Notes: generated by a model not told the origin, from the sequence alone. A DNA stretch of 64,000 nucleotides from Desulfosudaceae bacterium (GCA_963674745.2 CAXXDV010000003.1:1280001-1344000); one strand, 5' to 3'; positions 19,016-29,030 are shown, counted from the first letter of the stretch. Made by a program: numbers and translations.

Positions 19016-22000
19016 TTACCCGGATGCGACTTTCCCTTTTTGCCTCTGTCCGGGATCGCCGGCCTGACGCGGATAGGTCAGGTAGGGAATGATCTTGGAA
19101 TTCTTGAAGCTGCCGGTCCCGTCATAGGTGATGGTGACAACGGGTATGCCGGTTCTCTCCTCGATGGTTTGGGACATGGCCTGGGTAACGATGGAGGGAC
19201 AGCAGAAGGCGGGGTTGGTCTGCACGAACAGGGCCAGGTTGGGATAGTATTTCTTGATGTAATGGATCTTTAAAATGTTGTCCATGGACTCGCCGGTGTG
19301 TTCCAGGCCCATATGGTATCCAGCCAGTATCTTGTCCGGTGCGTCCGTGTAATCATGTTCCGGTTCCTGGATCACCCGCTCAAAATGGCGGTAGTACTTT
19401 CTTTCCATCCATTGCACCGCCGATATAATCGTTTTTGATGAAAAGGCATGCCAGTATTTTCCCTCCCGGAACCATTTGCGGACATACGGACCCGCGATCA
19501 TTCGCCCGTAAGTGCTGTAGGGCGTGGTGATGACTTCGCCACCGTTTTTTTCAATAAAGCGGATCAGGTTCTGGTTGATGAACCGGTTGTCGCGTACATA
19601 CAGGTCTCCGAAGATAGCCACCTGGGGCCTTTGTTCCCGGCGGATGTCAATCGCTTTGAACAGGGTGGTAACAGTCGCGGCCGCGTCATCCCTGTCCCGC
19701 AGGCCCAGAAATGCGTCAGTACAAATTCGAACGCTTTCGGTTAATGCCCGGTCCGTAGCCCCGGCTTCACATTCGTAGGGCCGGATCCGACAGGCCATTT
19801 TCCGCAGCATGCCCCCGAACATGAAGGCAAAGTAGGCGTTCATCGAGATCCGGTGAGAAATATCGCTCAAGGTGATGTCGCCGTTATACACGCTCGCTTT
19901 TTCCATGCCGTTGCCCAGGCCGTTCACCAGCCGCTTGATATGGTAGGGATACAGCTTGAGGTTGCAGGCAATTTCACCGCTGGCCATCCACAGCACCGAC
20001 TGGGCCGGATCCAGGTTGTGGTGCTCGACGTAATCGGCAAATTCCTGGGCGATGATGTTCAGCGGGATACACTGGCCGGTGTTGTGCCGCAGGCTTTTCC
20101 GCACGCTGGCTTCGGTCTCTTTCAGCAGCCGGGCATCGTATCCTTCGCGTTGGAAGGCGGCCACCAGCAGCCGGCAGGTGATATCATCCCAGTTGGGCAT
20201 GACGATGGTTTTGCCGTCCAGGCTTCCGGCATGGGCCGGGTGCAAAGACCGGCACGAGGCCCGGGGAACCGGCGGTGCGACACTGTCGTTGTGGTTGCGA
20301 AAGGACCGCACGGCCGCCTCAATCCGGGTTTCATAGCCGACGCTGGAGCCGTGCTCATCAAGCTGCAGGATCAGGTAGGGCTTGTCGTGCAGGTCCATTA
20401 TATGTCTGAAATAATCCATCACAAAAGAATCCGGTGTGCACATGAACGAGGTCAGCAGCACCGGATAACACGACTCGGTCTGGGCGGCGATCACGGCGGC
20501 CGAAAGAATGGCCGAGGCATGTTCCCAGTGGATTTCATCCAGCAGGGGCCGGATGGTCTCAAGATCGGCGGTCCCGGGGTCGAGCATGTCCTGGTAAAAG
20601 ACCTTGATCCCCTGGGCGGCGAATATGTCCGGAATATTCTTGTTCATTTCCCGGGTCAGGACGGTATACGGCCGTCCCAGCAGCACCACGTGGATATCGT
20701 CGGATGGTTTGGGTGTCTTGCGGTATATGCTTTGCAGCCGGGCGCGTGTTTTTCGGCGATGCTCCATGGCGCTGTCATAGGCCTTGCTTACCTCCATGAA
20801 CCAGACGGTGTCCCGGCAGATGGATTTGAGCATCCGGTAAAGCTGCATTTTGGTGTGGAAATGGCTGTACAGGTAATTGACCAGCGGCATCAGCAGCCGG
20901 GATGCGTCGACCTGCCCGGCGATCATGGTGGCGGCGTACTGGGTGTAATAGCAGAACTGGCGGCGGGTGTGTTTGGCCTTGTCCCGGTTTTCAAAATACT
21001 GGGGCAGAAATACGTAATCGGCCTTTTCCAGCAGATGGTCGACATGACCGTGCAGGGCCGTGATCGGCGCGCAGAATTCAGCCCCGGCCAGTTGCTTGCC
21101 GGTTTTCACACCCTCGCGGAAGCGGTCGCTGACAATCGTGCGCAGGCCGAGCTGCCCGAAAAAATGTTGCCAGAAGGGCAGGTCGTCAACCAGGTGCAGG
21201 GCTGCCGGGATGCCGATGGTGGTCTTCCGAACCGGTGCTTTGTGCGGCAAATCCTGCTGCGCTTTTTCCCGGCTGGCTGCCAGGTCAAATCCGGAGGTGT
21301 TGTTGCGCACGAACCGCCGCGTTTCATAATCACGGCCGCACAAAAATCCAAAGGCCACGGTCTCTGTTCCCACCGTGGCGCAGGTGATCTTGCAGTGATT
21401 GGTACACAGGTCGCACACTTCGTTTCGGATCGGTATCTGTTGCCGATAAAGCGACAGCCCTCGAAATTTTGAAACAAAGTCTTCCCGGCCGCGAATCGTT
21501 TCGGCCAGGGTCAGGGCTGTGCCCAGAGCGCCGGTCAAATGACAGTACCGGGACACCTGGATGGGCCGGTTCAGGCGCTGTTCAAAGGCCGCCACCAGGG
21601 CGCTGTTTTTGGCCGTGGCCCCCTGGAAAAAAACGGTTTTACCGATCTGGCCTTCAATGGCTACCTTGGTCAGGTAATTTTCACGAACGGCATGCAGGCT
21701 GGCGGCCAGCATTTCATCCCGTGAATATCCGGCGCTCAAAAAGTGATTGATGTCCCGCTCCATGAAGACGGTGCAGCGGTCGCTGGTCATGGGCGACTTG
21801 CAGCCCCTGGTGCGGACAGGAAACTCGTCCAGAGGGCATTGCAGGCGTTTGGCCTGTTCCTCGATAAAGCTGCCGGTACCGGCCGCGCATACGGTGTTCA
21901 TGGCCGAGAAGGTCACGCGGCCGTTTTTCAAGGTGGTGAACTTGGCGTCCTGCCCCCCGATTTCAATGATGGTGTCCACCCCCGGGTCCAGTTCCACCGC

Positions 22001-23266
22001 CGCCCGGGCATGGGCGGTAATTTCATCCAGAATCAGGTCGGCTCCCAGGATACGGCCGACGAACTTGCGGCCCGACCCGGTTGTTCCGGCCCCGCAAATG
22101 GAAATATCAATTTTTTTGCGTCGACCCAGGTCTTCTGCGGCGGCCAGAACCGACTGCATCGCGTCCACCGGTCGCCCGGCCGTGCGGGTGTAAAAACCGG
22201 CCAGGACATCGCCGGTATCGTCAACCAACACCGCCTTGGTGCTGGTGGACCCGATGTCGATGCCGATAAACGCCTCCCATGCACCCGCGTCCTCACGCTC
22301 ATCATAAACGTCCACCTCGACCGCGCATCGCTTCTTATCATTATCCGGGAAAAACACATACCGTTCATGTGCTTTAAAATCCGGGTATCGGGAAAGGGAC
22401 AGTTCCAGCGGCGGGTAGGCATAGGCCTGTTCATTTTTGACAGGAACAACAATGTCCCCGGGGTTCCGTAAACAAACCCGTCCATCACCGGCGTCAGCCT
22501 CGTTTAAACGGTTTATGGCTGCGCCAAAGGCGCCGTACAGATGGGACCATCGGTCGACCACAATCTCCATCCCTGTCAGGGCGCTGATATGCCCGACTAC
22601 CGCGCGGTTGTGCGATACGCCGCCGCATAAAACAAGGGGGGGGAACGGCTGTTCATTTGAAAAAAGCGTATCCACAATATTGCGGGCCAGGCCATGGCAC
22701 AGGCCGTCGCATATGCTATCCAGGCAATAACCTTCCTGCTGAGCGTGAATCAGGTCGGTTTTGGCAAACACGGCGCAGCGGCTGGCAATACGGGGGATGT
22801 CGCCGGTATTTTTAAGGGCACGCGCGCACAGGTCTTCAATCCCGGCCAGGTTGAGGCGCCCGGCCTGCTGGTCAAGAAAGCTGCCCGTGCCGGCGGCACA
22901 CGATGTGTTGGACAGGTATTTACGGTAGTTTCCGGCTTTATCAAAGAGTATCAGGCCGAATTTTTCACCGCCCACAGAAAGAATGGCTCCGGCATCGGGG
23001 TGAAGTTCATGGCTGGCAGAGATAATGGACACCTGATCATCATACCGGAAAGCGGTCCGGATGATGCCCGGGGTTGATGATGTGACCCCGACAGCAGATA
23101 TTTTGGACAGATCAAGGCCTTCCAGCATCTCCCCGACGGTTTCAACGATATTGCCGCCATGGAAACGATAGTCTTTTTGAATAATGCGTTTTTCCGGGGA
23201 GATCACTATCAGCGCCGCGGCAACGGAGCCAACATCTATCCCCAGAATGTGTTCCTGAACCGCCAT
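19016..23266 (-). CDS. CoA-substrate-specific enzyme activase (two BadF/BadG/BcrA/BcrD ATPase domains, DUF2229 and 2-hydroxyacyl-CoA dehydratase-like region)
   Basis: GIDVGS and GIDIGSTSTK ASKHA motifs, CAAGTGSF twice, RCAVF/RCTVF, EIGGQD, CDLCTNHC, QLDEH, GDLYVR. ATG 23266 chosen; the ORF extends to 23299. Confidence 0.9.
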   Translation of the reverse strand: MAVQEHILGIDVGSVAAALIVISPEKRIIQKDYRFHGGNIVETVGEMLEGLDLSKISAVGVTSSTPGIIRTAFRYDDQVSIISASHELHPDAGAILSVGGEKFGLILFDKAGNYRKYLSNTSCAAGTGSFLDQQAGRLNLAGIEDLCARALKNTGDIPRIASRCAVFAKTDLIHAQQEGYCLDSICDGLCHGLARNIVDTLFSNEQPFPPLVLCGGVSHNRAVVGHISALTGMEIVVDRWSHLYGAFGAAINRLNEADAGDGRVCLRNPGDIVVPVKNEQAYAYPPLELSLSRYPDFKAHERYVFFPDNDKKRCAVEVDVYDEREDAGAWEAFIGIDIGSTSTKAVLVDDTGDVLAGFYTRTAGRPVDAMQSVLAAAEDLGRRKKIDISICGAGTTGSGRKFVGRILGADLILDEITAHARAAVELDPGVDTIIEIGGQDAKFTTLKNGRVTFSAMNTVCAAGTGSFIEEQAKRLQCPLDEFPVRTRGCKSPMTSDRCTVFMERDINHFLSAGYSRDEMLAASLHAVRENYLTKVAIEGQIGKTVFFQGATAKNSALVAAFEQRLNRPIQVSRYCHLTGALGTALTLAETIRGREDFVSKFRGLSLYRQQIPIRNEVCDLCTNHCKITCATVGTETVAFGFLCGRDYETRRFVRNNTSGFDLAASREKAQQDLPHKAPVRKTTIGIPAALHLVDDLPFWQHFFGQLGLRTIVSDRFREGVKTGKQLAGAEFCAPITALHGHVDHLLEKADYVFLPQYFENRDKAKHTRRQFCYYTQYAATMIAGQVDASRLLMPLVNYLYSHFHTKMQLYRMLKSICRDTVWFMEVSKAYDSAMEHRRKTRARLQSIYRKTPKPSDDIHVVLLGRPYTVLTREMNKNIPDIFAAQGIKVFYQDMLDPGTADLETIRPLLDEIHWEHASAILSAAVIAAQTESCYPVLLTSFMCTPDSFVMDYFRHIMDLHDKPYLILQLDEHGSSVGYETRIEAAVRSFRNHNDSVAPPVPRASCRSLHPAHAGSLDGKTIVMPNWDDITCRLLVAAFQREGYDARLLKETEASVRKSLRHNTGQCIPLNIIAQEFADYVEHHNLDPAQSVLWMASGEIACNLKLYPYHIKRLVNGLGNGMEKASVYNGDITLSDISHRISMNAYFAFMFGGMLRKMACRIRPYECEAGATDRALTESVRICTDAFLGLRDRDDAAATVTTLFKAIDIRREQRPQVAIFGDLYVRDNRFINQNLIRFIEKNGGEVITTPYSTYGRMIAGPYVRKWFREGKYWHAFSSKTIISAVQWMERKYYRHFERVIQEPEHDYTDAPDKILAGYHMGLEHTGESMDNILKIHYIKKYYPNLALFVQTNPAFCCPSIVTQAMSQTIEERTGIPVVTITYDGTGSFKNSKIIPYLTYPRQAGDPGQRQKGKVASG

Positions 23267-23786
23267 ATCCCCCCAACGCAAAGCTGCATTAAATATCAAT
23301 CAGTTAGACAGGTCGAAGACCCGCAGGATGTCATTGCACCCCAAGGTTTTACAAAACTTTTACAAATATACGCCCAATTATGCCATTGTCAAGTAAAGTC
23401 GGAATATTATGAATCGGAATGCCGCTCCCTTTGTCTACAACTCAAGGCCCATATTTTTTTTAAAAACAGCCTGTCCGGGGTTAGCACTTATAACGTTTAT
23501 GGTTGTCGACAACTATTCAATAACTTTCTACGCTTAATCATCAAATAATGTCGCAATGATCAGGTCGGCATGTTTTTGAATACCCTCCGGGGACAGTATC
23601 CTGCCCCCGCAAAGAGGTGAAAGGGCCATCGGCGCGGCTCCTGCGGCAACGATTAAAAAAAAGCTTTCATGATTATTTACTCTAATTCCAGATACATGGC
23701 AGATATGCTGATAAAATTCCGGATGATGAGACTTGCCAGAATCTTGGCGGCGAACGTCATCTAATGAGTGATTTCAGGGGATATAA

Positions 23787-23921
23787 ATGAATACGATAAC
23801 GATAGATTTTGAAAATTGTAACGGGTGCAGGAAATGTTACAATACCTGTTTTGTAAATGTTTTTTCCTGGGACAAGGCTAACAAGCAGCCAAAGGTCAGT
23901 CACCCGGAGGACTGTGTTCAT
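23787..23921 (+). pseudogene. 4Fe-4S dicluster ferredoxin interrupted in its second Cys motif
   Basis: CNGCRKCYNTC is intact; the second motif breaks after PEDCVH, where a palindromic element begins. Confidence 0.65.
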
Positions 23922-24066
23922 TATGAACTGGCGCGCTGCAACGAAGCGGAGAGTATGGCGTTGTGTTCAAATTTCAATCCTCGAAATACGTCCATGTATT
24001 CCTCCGGTTAAAATTTTCGCACGCCTTGACCTCGAATCCAGATTCTGATTTTTAGAGATAACCTTA
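23922..24066. repeat. Short palindromic MITE/REP-like element
   Basis: Imperfect hairpin AAATTTCAATCC..GAAATAC-GTCCAT-GTATTCC..GGTTAAAATTT, ending in TTTTTAGAGATAACCTTA, located where the ferredoxin breaks. Single copy in this window. Confidence 0.5.
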
Positions 24067-24086
24067 ATATTCATGGGGTATGCACA

Positions 24087-24929
24087 ATGAAAAAAAACAA
24101 CTTTTTGCCTGATCTGACCGGTGATGAAAAGACAAAACCTTATGCCGGATATTATTACCGGCAGCCTGCAGCCGTTCCCGGGGATGTTCGAACTGCGCTT
24201 GAGGCCGGGCCGATTGATCTGTCCGATGCACTGCCATTTGAGAAAATAAACGATCTCCTCGAACCGGGTTACCATGCAAAGGAAAACGGATACTGTTTCA
24301 TGCCGGACGGGAGCTGTTACGTGGCCGTTTTGACCCGGATGCCCGGCGTCACCGGCGATATGCTGGATTGGTGGTTCTCATGGCATGCCCAGGAGGATCT
24401 CAGGTATAAGATCTGGTATCCCGGCTCTCATGCGGGAACCGGTGTGAATGATCCCGAGCGCTTGAAAAACAAATCATTACCACTGCGCGAGCGTTATTGG
24501 CACACCACTCACTATCCGGTCGAAGACGTTGGTATCGGCCAGGAAAAGTTGTCCATTACATTCATCCCACCAAAAGAATTCGGTTTCGACACAGCACGTT
24601 TTAAAGCGGCCAATGTCAGTACCGCCATCTGCACCAGAGTCGGCTCAGAAAACAAAAAAGCAGACCATACGGATATGTGCCATTTCGTACGGAAGGTTGA
24701 GGGTGGGGTTGAGATGCGAAGCCGTTTCTGGATCGGCCGCAGGATTAAAGTCAGGATGTTTTCCGACAGATCCCGTGTTAATCGGCTCGCTAACACCAGA
24801 TTCATGAGAAAGATGGCCATTCCCCGAAATACACCCTATCAAATGTCACTCCACTGCGCGCAGGAATATAATAACCTCGCTCAAATTCTTCCTCATCTTT
24901 ACCGGGATTTCGGAGACGACTGTATTTGA
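24087..24929 (+). CDS. DAPG hydrolase (PhlG) family protein
   Basis: ENGYCFMPDG..VAVLTRMPGVT..MLDWWFSWH, LRYKIWYPGSH, PVEDVG, EMRSRFWIG, HCAQEYNNLA..LP.LY. Confidence 0.85.
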   Translation: MKKNNFLPDLTGDEKTKPYAGYYYRQPAAVPGDVRTALEAGPIDLSDALPFEKINDLLEPGYHAKENGYCFMPDGSCYVAVLTRMPGVTGDMLDWWFSWHAQEDLRYKIWYPGSHAGTGVNDPERLKNKSLPLRERYWHTTHYPVEDVGIGQEKLSITFIPPKEFGFDTARFKAANVSTAICTRVGSENKKADHTDMCHFVRKVEGGVEMRSRFWIGRRIKVRMFSDRSRVNRLANTRFMRKMAIPRNTPYQMSLHCAQEYNNLAQILPHLYRDFGDDCI

Positions 24930-25164
24930 CTTGTTTTTATTGAATAAAACGGAGACAATACAAACGTTGTTTTTGCTTAAAAAAATATATTTTTGACGAT
25001 TTTTACGCTTTTTAAAAACCAGTCTGTCCTTGCTATCGAAAATCTTGCCTTACGTCCAGCCAAAATACCCATCAACACTGTGTTTCCGGAAGTATGTTGA
25101 CACACATTCCCGGCCTTGCTATAGTTCATGGCCATAAAAAAGAAATTTTCTATCCTTAAACTTT

Positions 25165-26640
25165 ATGCTGAATTCCAGAAAAATTATATTTTTTGGCACC
25201 CTTATTTTTCTTGCCTTTTCTTTTTGCTTAATTAGTAATCGTGCAGACCTCGATCTATGGCACAGGCTGGTTGTTGGTTGTCATTTCTTTAACAATGGAG
25301 AGATACTATATCAAGACATCTACTCTTATCTACCGGTAAAAAATATCTGGGTGGACCATGAATGGGGATCCGGTATTATTCTTTATGCCTTTTATCATTT
25401 TTTGGGGGAAAAATCACTTTTTCTATTAAAGTTTTTAATTTTATTCTCAACTTTACTTCTAATCTGGGCCCTTAACAAAAACAGATATCCGCAATTAAAT
25501 CATTATCGAATCATTTTCTATCTGATTGTCATGTATGGAATATTTTTCGGTCTTAAATCAACAATTAGGTGTCATGCTTTTACTTATTTGTTTTTCACCT
25601 TATGGATATATGTACTCGAAAAAATAAGAAACGGTGAATATTATCGATGGTTCTGGTTTTTCCCTTTAACAATGCTCTTCTGGTGTAACCTGCATGGCGG
25701 ATTTGTCTCCGGAATTGGGCTTATTGTTATCTACATTGTGGGTGAGTTCTTAAATAAAAAGTGCATTTATCCATATTTAAAAATTTTATTTTTTATCCTT
25801 TTAGTTACACTGATAAATCCATATGGTTTCAGTCTCTGGCATTTTATAATTGATGCTGTCTCAATACCTCGCAAATATATAGTTGAATGGGCGCCGATAT
25901 ATTTTTTTGGTCCTTTCTATTACCTCAGCTACAAAATTATTTTAATGCTCACAATAGCAGGTTTAATTAACAGTATTTTTATCCGTAAAAACAGAAACCT
26001 GGATAAAACCGGTATGCTTATCATAATAGTGACCTTATATTTGTCTTTAAAACATATTCGCCATACAACATTTTTTGTTATTGCGGCGTCTGTTTTCGGT
26101 TATGGATATTTTTTTGAATTAATAGATAGCTTCAAATCGAAAATCGCCATTTTTTTTAAGAAAAAAATATCTTCAAAAGTCTATGGTTTTTTGATTCTTT
26201 TTTATCATTCTGCGATTTATGCCCTTCTTATATTGTTTTGCATATCTTGCTTAATGACCCGTTCGTTTTCAATCGATTTGCAAATAGAGAACGGGCGTTT
26301 TCCCGTTAAAGCAACCAATTTCATATTACAGAAAAAACTCAGTGGTAACTTACTGTTACCCTTTGACTGGGGCAGTTATGCACTTTGGCATTTGTACCCT
26401 TATTGCAGGGTTTCAATTGATGGACGCTATGAAGAAGTCTATCCGGAAAGTACCTTTGAGGAAGTTTATTTTTTTTTCAATCATATATATAATTGGAAAC
26501 AGATTCTAAAAAAATACCATCATGATATTATCTTAATAGATAAAAAAGAATATTTCAGAACCTATTTATATTTGTATGATTCTTATGAATGGGAAAAAAT
26601 ATATGAAGATGAGTATGCAGCCGTTTTTCTTCCAGTGTGA
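25165..26640 (+). CDS. AT-rich polytopic membrane protein, possible GT-C-type transferase
   Basis: About 11-12 hydrophobic segments with DLWH..G, WVDHEWG, WCNLHGGF, INPYG, EWAP and IDGRYE motifs. Confidence 0.6.
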   Translation: MLNSRKIIFFGTLIFLAFSFCLISNRADLDLWHRLVVGCHFFNNGEILYQDIYSYLPVKNIWVDHEWGSGIILYAFYHFLGEKSLFLLKFLILFSTLLLIWALNKNRYPQLNHYRIIFYLIVMYGIFFGLKSTIRCHAFTYLFFTLWIYVLEKIRNGEYYRWFWFFPLTMLFWCNLHGGFVSGIGLIVIYIVGEFLNKKCIYPYLKILFFILLVTLINPYGFSLWHFIIDAVSIPRKYIVEWAPIYFFGPFYYLSYKIILMLTIAGLINSIFIRKNRNLDKTGMLIIIVTLYLSLKHIRHTTFFVIAASVFGYGYFFELIDSFKSKIAIFFKKKISSKVYGFLILFYHSAIYALLILFCISCLMTRSFSIDLQIENGRFPVKATNFILQKKLSGNLLLPFDWGSYALWHLYPYCRVSIDGRYEEVYPESTFEEVYFFFNHIYNWKQILKKYHHDIILIDKKEYFRTYLYLYDSYEWEKIYEDEYAAVFLPV

Positions 26641-26699
26641 CAGGAAATGATCGGCAGGGAAGGGCCGTACTGAATATTTCAAAAACAGGGATTGTTACC

Positions 26700-28964
26700 A
26701 TGCTCAAATGGAAAGATGACGCCGCTTTCATGGCGTCCCGATATATTAACCGGACCCATTGCCACGTTTTTCTCACGGGCCGGGCCGGCACCGGCAAGAC
26801 CACCTTTCTGCACGATATCCGACGCCATACCCATAAAAACACCATCGTGGCCGCACCCACGGGCATTGCCGCCATTAATGCCGAAGGCGTGACCCTGCAT
26901 TCCCTGTTTCAACTGCCGTTCGGCGCCTTTATTCCGGAAGATGCAATTTTCGGCGATCGTGCGCCCGCGTTTGAGATCAATACCCCCCGCACCTTGCACC
27001 GGCAACTTAAAATGAATGCCACCAAGCGCAAGATGCTGCAAAAGCTGGAGCTGCTGATCGTCGACGAGGTCAGCATGCTTCGGGCCGACCTGCTGGATGC
27101 CATAGATCATGTGTTACGCCGCATGCGCCGCCGACCTCAGCCCTTTGGCGGGGTCCAGGTTTTGTTCATCGGCGATCTGAACCAGCTGCCGCCGGTGATA
27201 AAAGATGCGGAATGGCAGATATTGAATCAATATTATGACACACTTTTCTTTTTCGGCGCCCGATCCCTTCAAGACAGACCGCCGGTCTATCTCGAGCTGG
27301 AGTATATCTACAGACAGACCGATCCGGTGTTTATCAATATTTTAAACCACGTTCGGGACGGGCAGGTCACGCAAGCGGATACCGAGCGTCTGAACCGCCA
27401 ACATCGCCCGGGCTTTACCCCTTCTGCAGGGGATGGGTATGTATTTCTCACCACCCACAACCGCAAGGCCGACCAAATCAACGGCGCTGAACTGGGGAAT
27501 CTGCCGGACCGGGAATATCATTACAAGGCCCTGGTGGAAGGCGTTTTTGACGAACACACCTATCCGGTAGATGCGGTTTTGACCCTGAAAAAAGGGGCCC
27601 AGGTCATGTTCATCAAAAATGATGTTTCCGGAGAAAGCCGGTTTTTCAACGGCAAAATAGGGACGGTGGATGAACTGCGAAAGGACGACATAAAGGTACG
27701 GTTTGATGACGACACCGAATCCGTATGGGTTGAACCCCACACCTGGGAGAACAAACGGTATACCCTGGATAAGACCACCAACGAGATCCAGGAAAAGGTG
27801 GTTGGCACGTTCGTCCATTTTCCTTTGAAACTGGCCTGGGCCATCACCATTCACAAGAGCCAGGGGCTAACTTTTGATCGTGCTGTAATTGACGTGTCCC
27901 GGGCATTTGCCGCCGGCCAGGTATATGTGGCCCTGTCCCGTCTGACCGCCCTGGACGGGCTTGTCCTGACCGACCCCTTTCGCTGGCAGGGCCATCGCCA
28001 GGATCCGGCGCTGGCATCCTTTGCCGCCCGGAAAAACACGACAAATGAATTAAAGAGCGGATTAAGCAATGCCGCTTCCGAATACCTGGGCCATGCCGCC
28101 AGGGATGCCTTTGATTTTTCCGGTCTCTGGGCCGCCATCCATCAACACATCCGCACCTATGATAAGGACGCAAACCGTTCACAAAAACAGCAGCACCTTC
28201 CCTGGGCCAGGACTCTCAAAGAAGATCTGGCGCCGGTCAGGACCGTTGCCGCTAAATTTATTAACCAGGTGGACGCCATTTTCCGTACCACCCCTCTGGA
28301 TGATGCCTTTCTGGCAGAGCGGGTTCAGGCGGCAGTGGATTATTTCGACCCCCTGTTGAAGGGCTTTTCCGATCGTATCGGCCAACATGCAGGCCGGATG
28401 AAGAAAACGGCGAAAGGGGTAAAAAAGTATTTACGGGAATTGGATGAACTTGAACTTCAGTTTTATGACTGTCGCCAGAAGATACACAAGGCTCTGGATC
28501 TGGTCCGGTCCTATCGCAGTGACCGTGAACTCACCCGCTCGGACATGGCAATTCCCGAGCACAGCGGCGCTGTTTCAGTTGTAAAAAGAGGACCTTCCAT
28601 CAAAACCGCGGGGAAGTCCGGCAAAAAAAAAGAAAAAATCGACACAAAGACCATTACCCTGCAATTGTTCGAGCAGGGAAAAACCATTGATGAAATCACG
28701 GCAGAGCGATCGCTGACCCGGCAAACCATTCAGGGCCATCTGGCCCACTGGATTGAAAACGGTACGATCCCCGTGAGCCGGCTGGTGACAGATGATGCCC
28801 TTGCCGACATCACTGCCGCCATCGACTATCTGCAGACATCCTATCTCAAACCCGTGTACGATTATTTTGACAAAAAATACGATTACAGCACGCTTCATTT
28901 TGCCGCCGCCCATCACCGGCGAATAGCCGGCCAGGCACCAGAGACCAAAGGGGGAGACGCTTGA
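26700..28964 (+). CDS. Pif1/RecD-like SF1B helicase with C-terminal HTH
   Basis: GRAGTGKT, APTGIAA, DEVSM, GDLNQLPPV, AWAITIHKSQG, YVALSR; C-terminal IDEITAERSLTRQTIQGHL. Confidence 0.9.
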   Translation: MLKWKDDAAFMASRYINRTHCHVFLTGRAGTGKTTFLHDIRRHTHKNTIVAAPTGIAAINAEGVTLHSLFQLPFGAFIPEDAIFGDRAPAFEINTPRTLHRQLKMNATKRKMLQKLELLIVDEVSMLRADLLDAIDHVLRRMRRRPQPFGGVQVLFIGDLNQLPPVIKDAEWQILNQYYDTLFFFGARSLQDRPPVYLELEYIYRQTDPVFINILNHVRDGQVTQADTERLNRQHRPGFTPSAGDGYVFLTTHNRKADQINGAELGNLPDREYHYKALVEGVFDEHTYPVDAVLTLKKGAQVMFIKNDVSGESRFFNGKIGTVDELRKDDIKVRFDDDTESVWVEPHTWENKRYTLDKTTNEIQEKVVGTFVHFPLKLAWAITIHKSQGLTFDRAVIDVSRAFAAGQVYVALSRLTALDGLVLTDPFRWQGHRQDPALASFAARKNTTNELKSGLSNAASEYLGHAARDAFDFSGLWAAIHQHIRTYDKDANRSQKQQHLPWARTLKEDLAPVRTVAAKFINQVDAIFRTTPLDDAFLAERVQAAVDYFDPLLKGFSDRIGQHAGRMKKTAKGVKKYLRELDELELQFYDCRQKIHKALDLVRSYRSDRELTRSDMAIPEHSGAVSVVKRGPSIKTAGKSGKKKEKIDTKTITLQLFEQGKTIDEITAERSLTRQTIQGHLAHWIENGTIPVSRLVTDDALADITAAIDYLQTSYLKPVYDYFDKKYDYSTLHFAAAHHRRIAGQAPETKGGDA

Positions 28965-29001
28965 AGCCTGTAATGGCCTATAATTTAAACAAAAAACAAA
29001 A

Positions 29002-29030
29002 TTGACAGGACCGGTCAGAAAAGGTATAAT
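29002..29030 (+). promoter_or_regulatory. Consensus sigma70 promoter with an A-rich UP-like tract
   Basis: TTGACA(29002-29007)-17 nt-TATAAT(29025-29030), preceded by AAACAAAAAACAAAA. Confidence 0.8.

Noticed and set aside
19853..21472. 539-aa + strand ORF
   Set aside because: It lies wholly antisense to the GC-rich activase gene and has no recognisable motifs; a typical shadow ORF. The same applies to the many shorter antisense ORFs in the track.
23585..23740. Possible cobalamin riboswitch (CTGCCCCCGCAA, GAGACTTGCC)
   Set aside because: GGGAA...GGTG, ACTGT and GCCACTG/GGGAAG elements are missing or out of order. An Rfam scan would settle it.
26637..26699. Translational coupling of the AT-rich membrane gene and the helicase through a GTGA overlap
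   Set aside because: Helicase-like sequence begins near ATG 26700 and the two genes differ sharply in composition, so the overlap is probably incidental.
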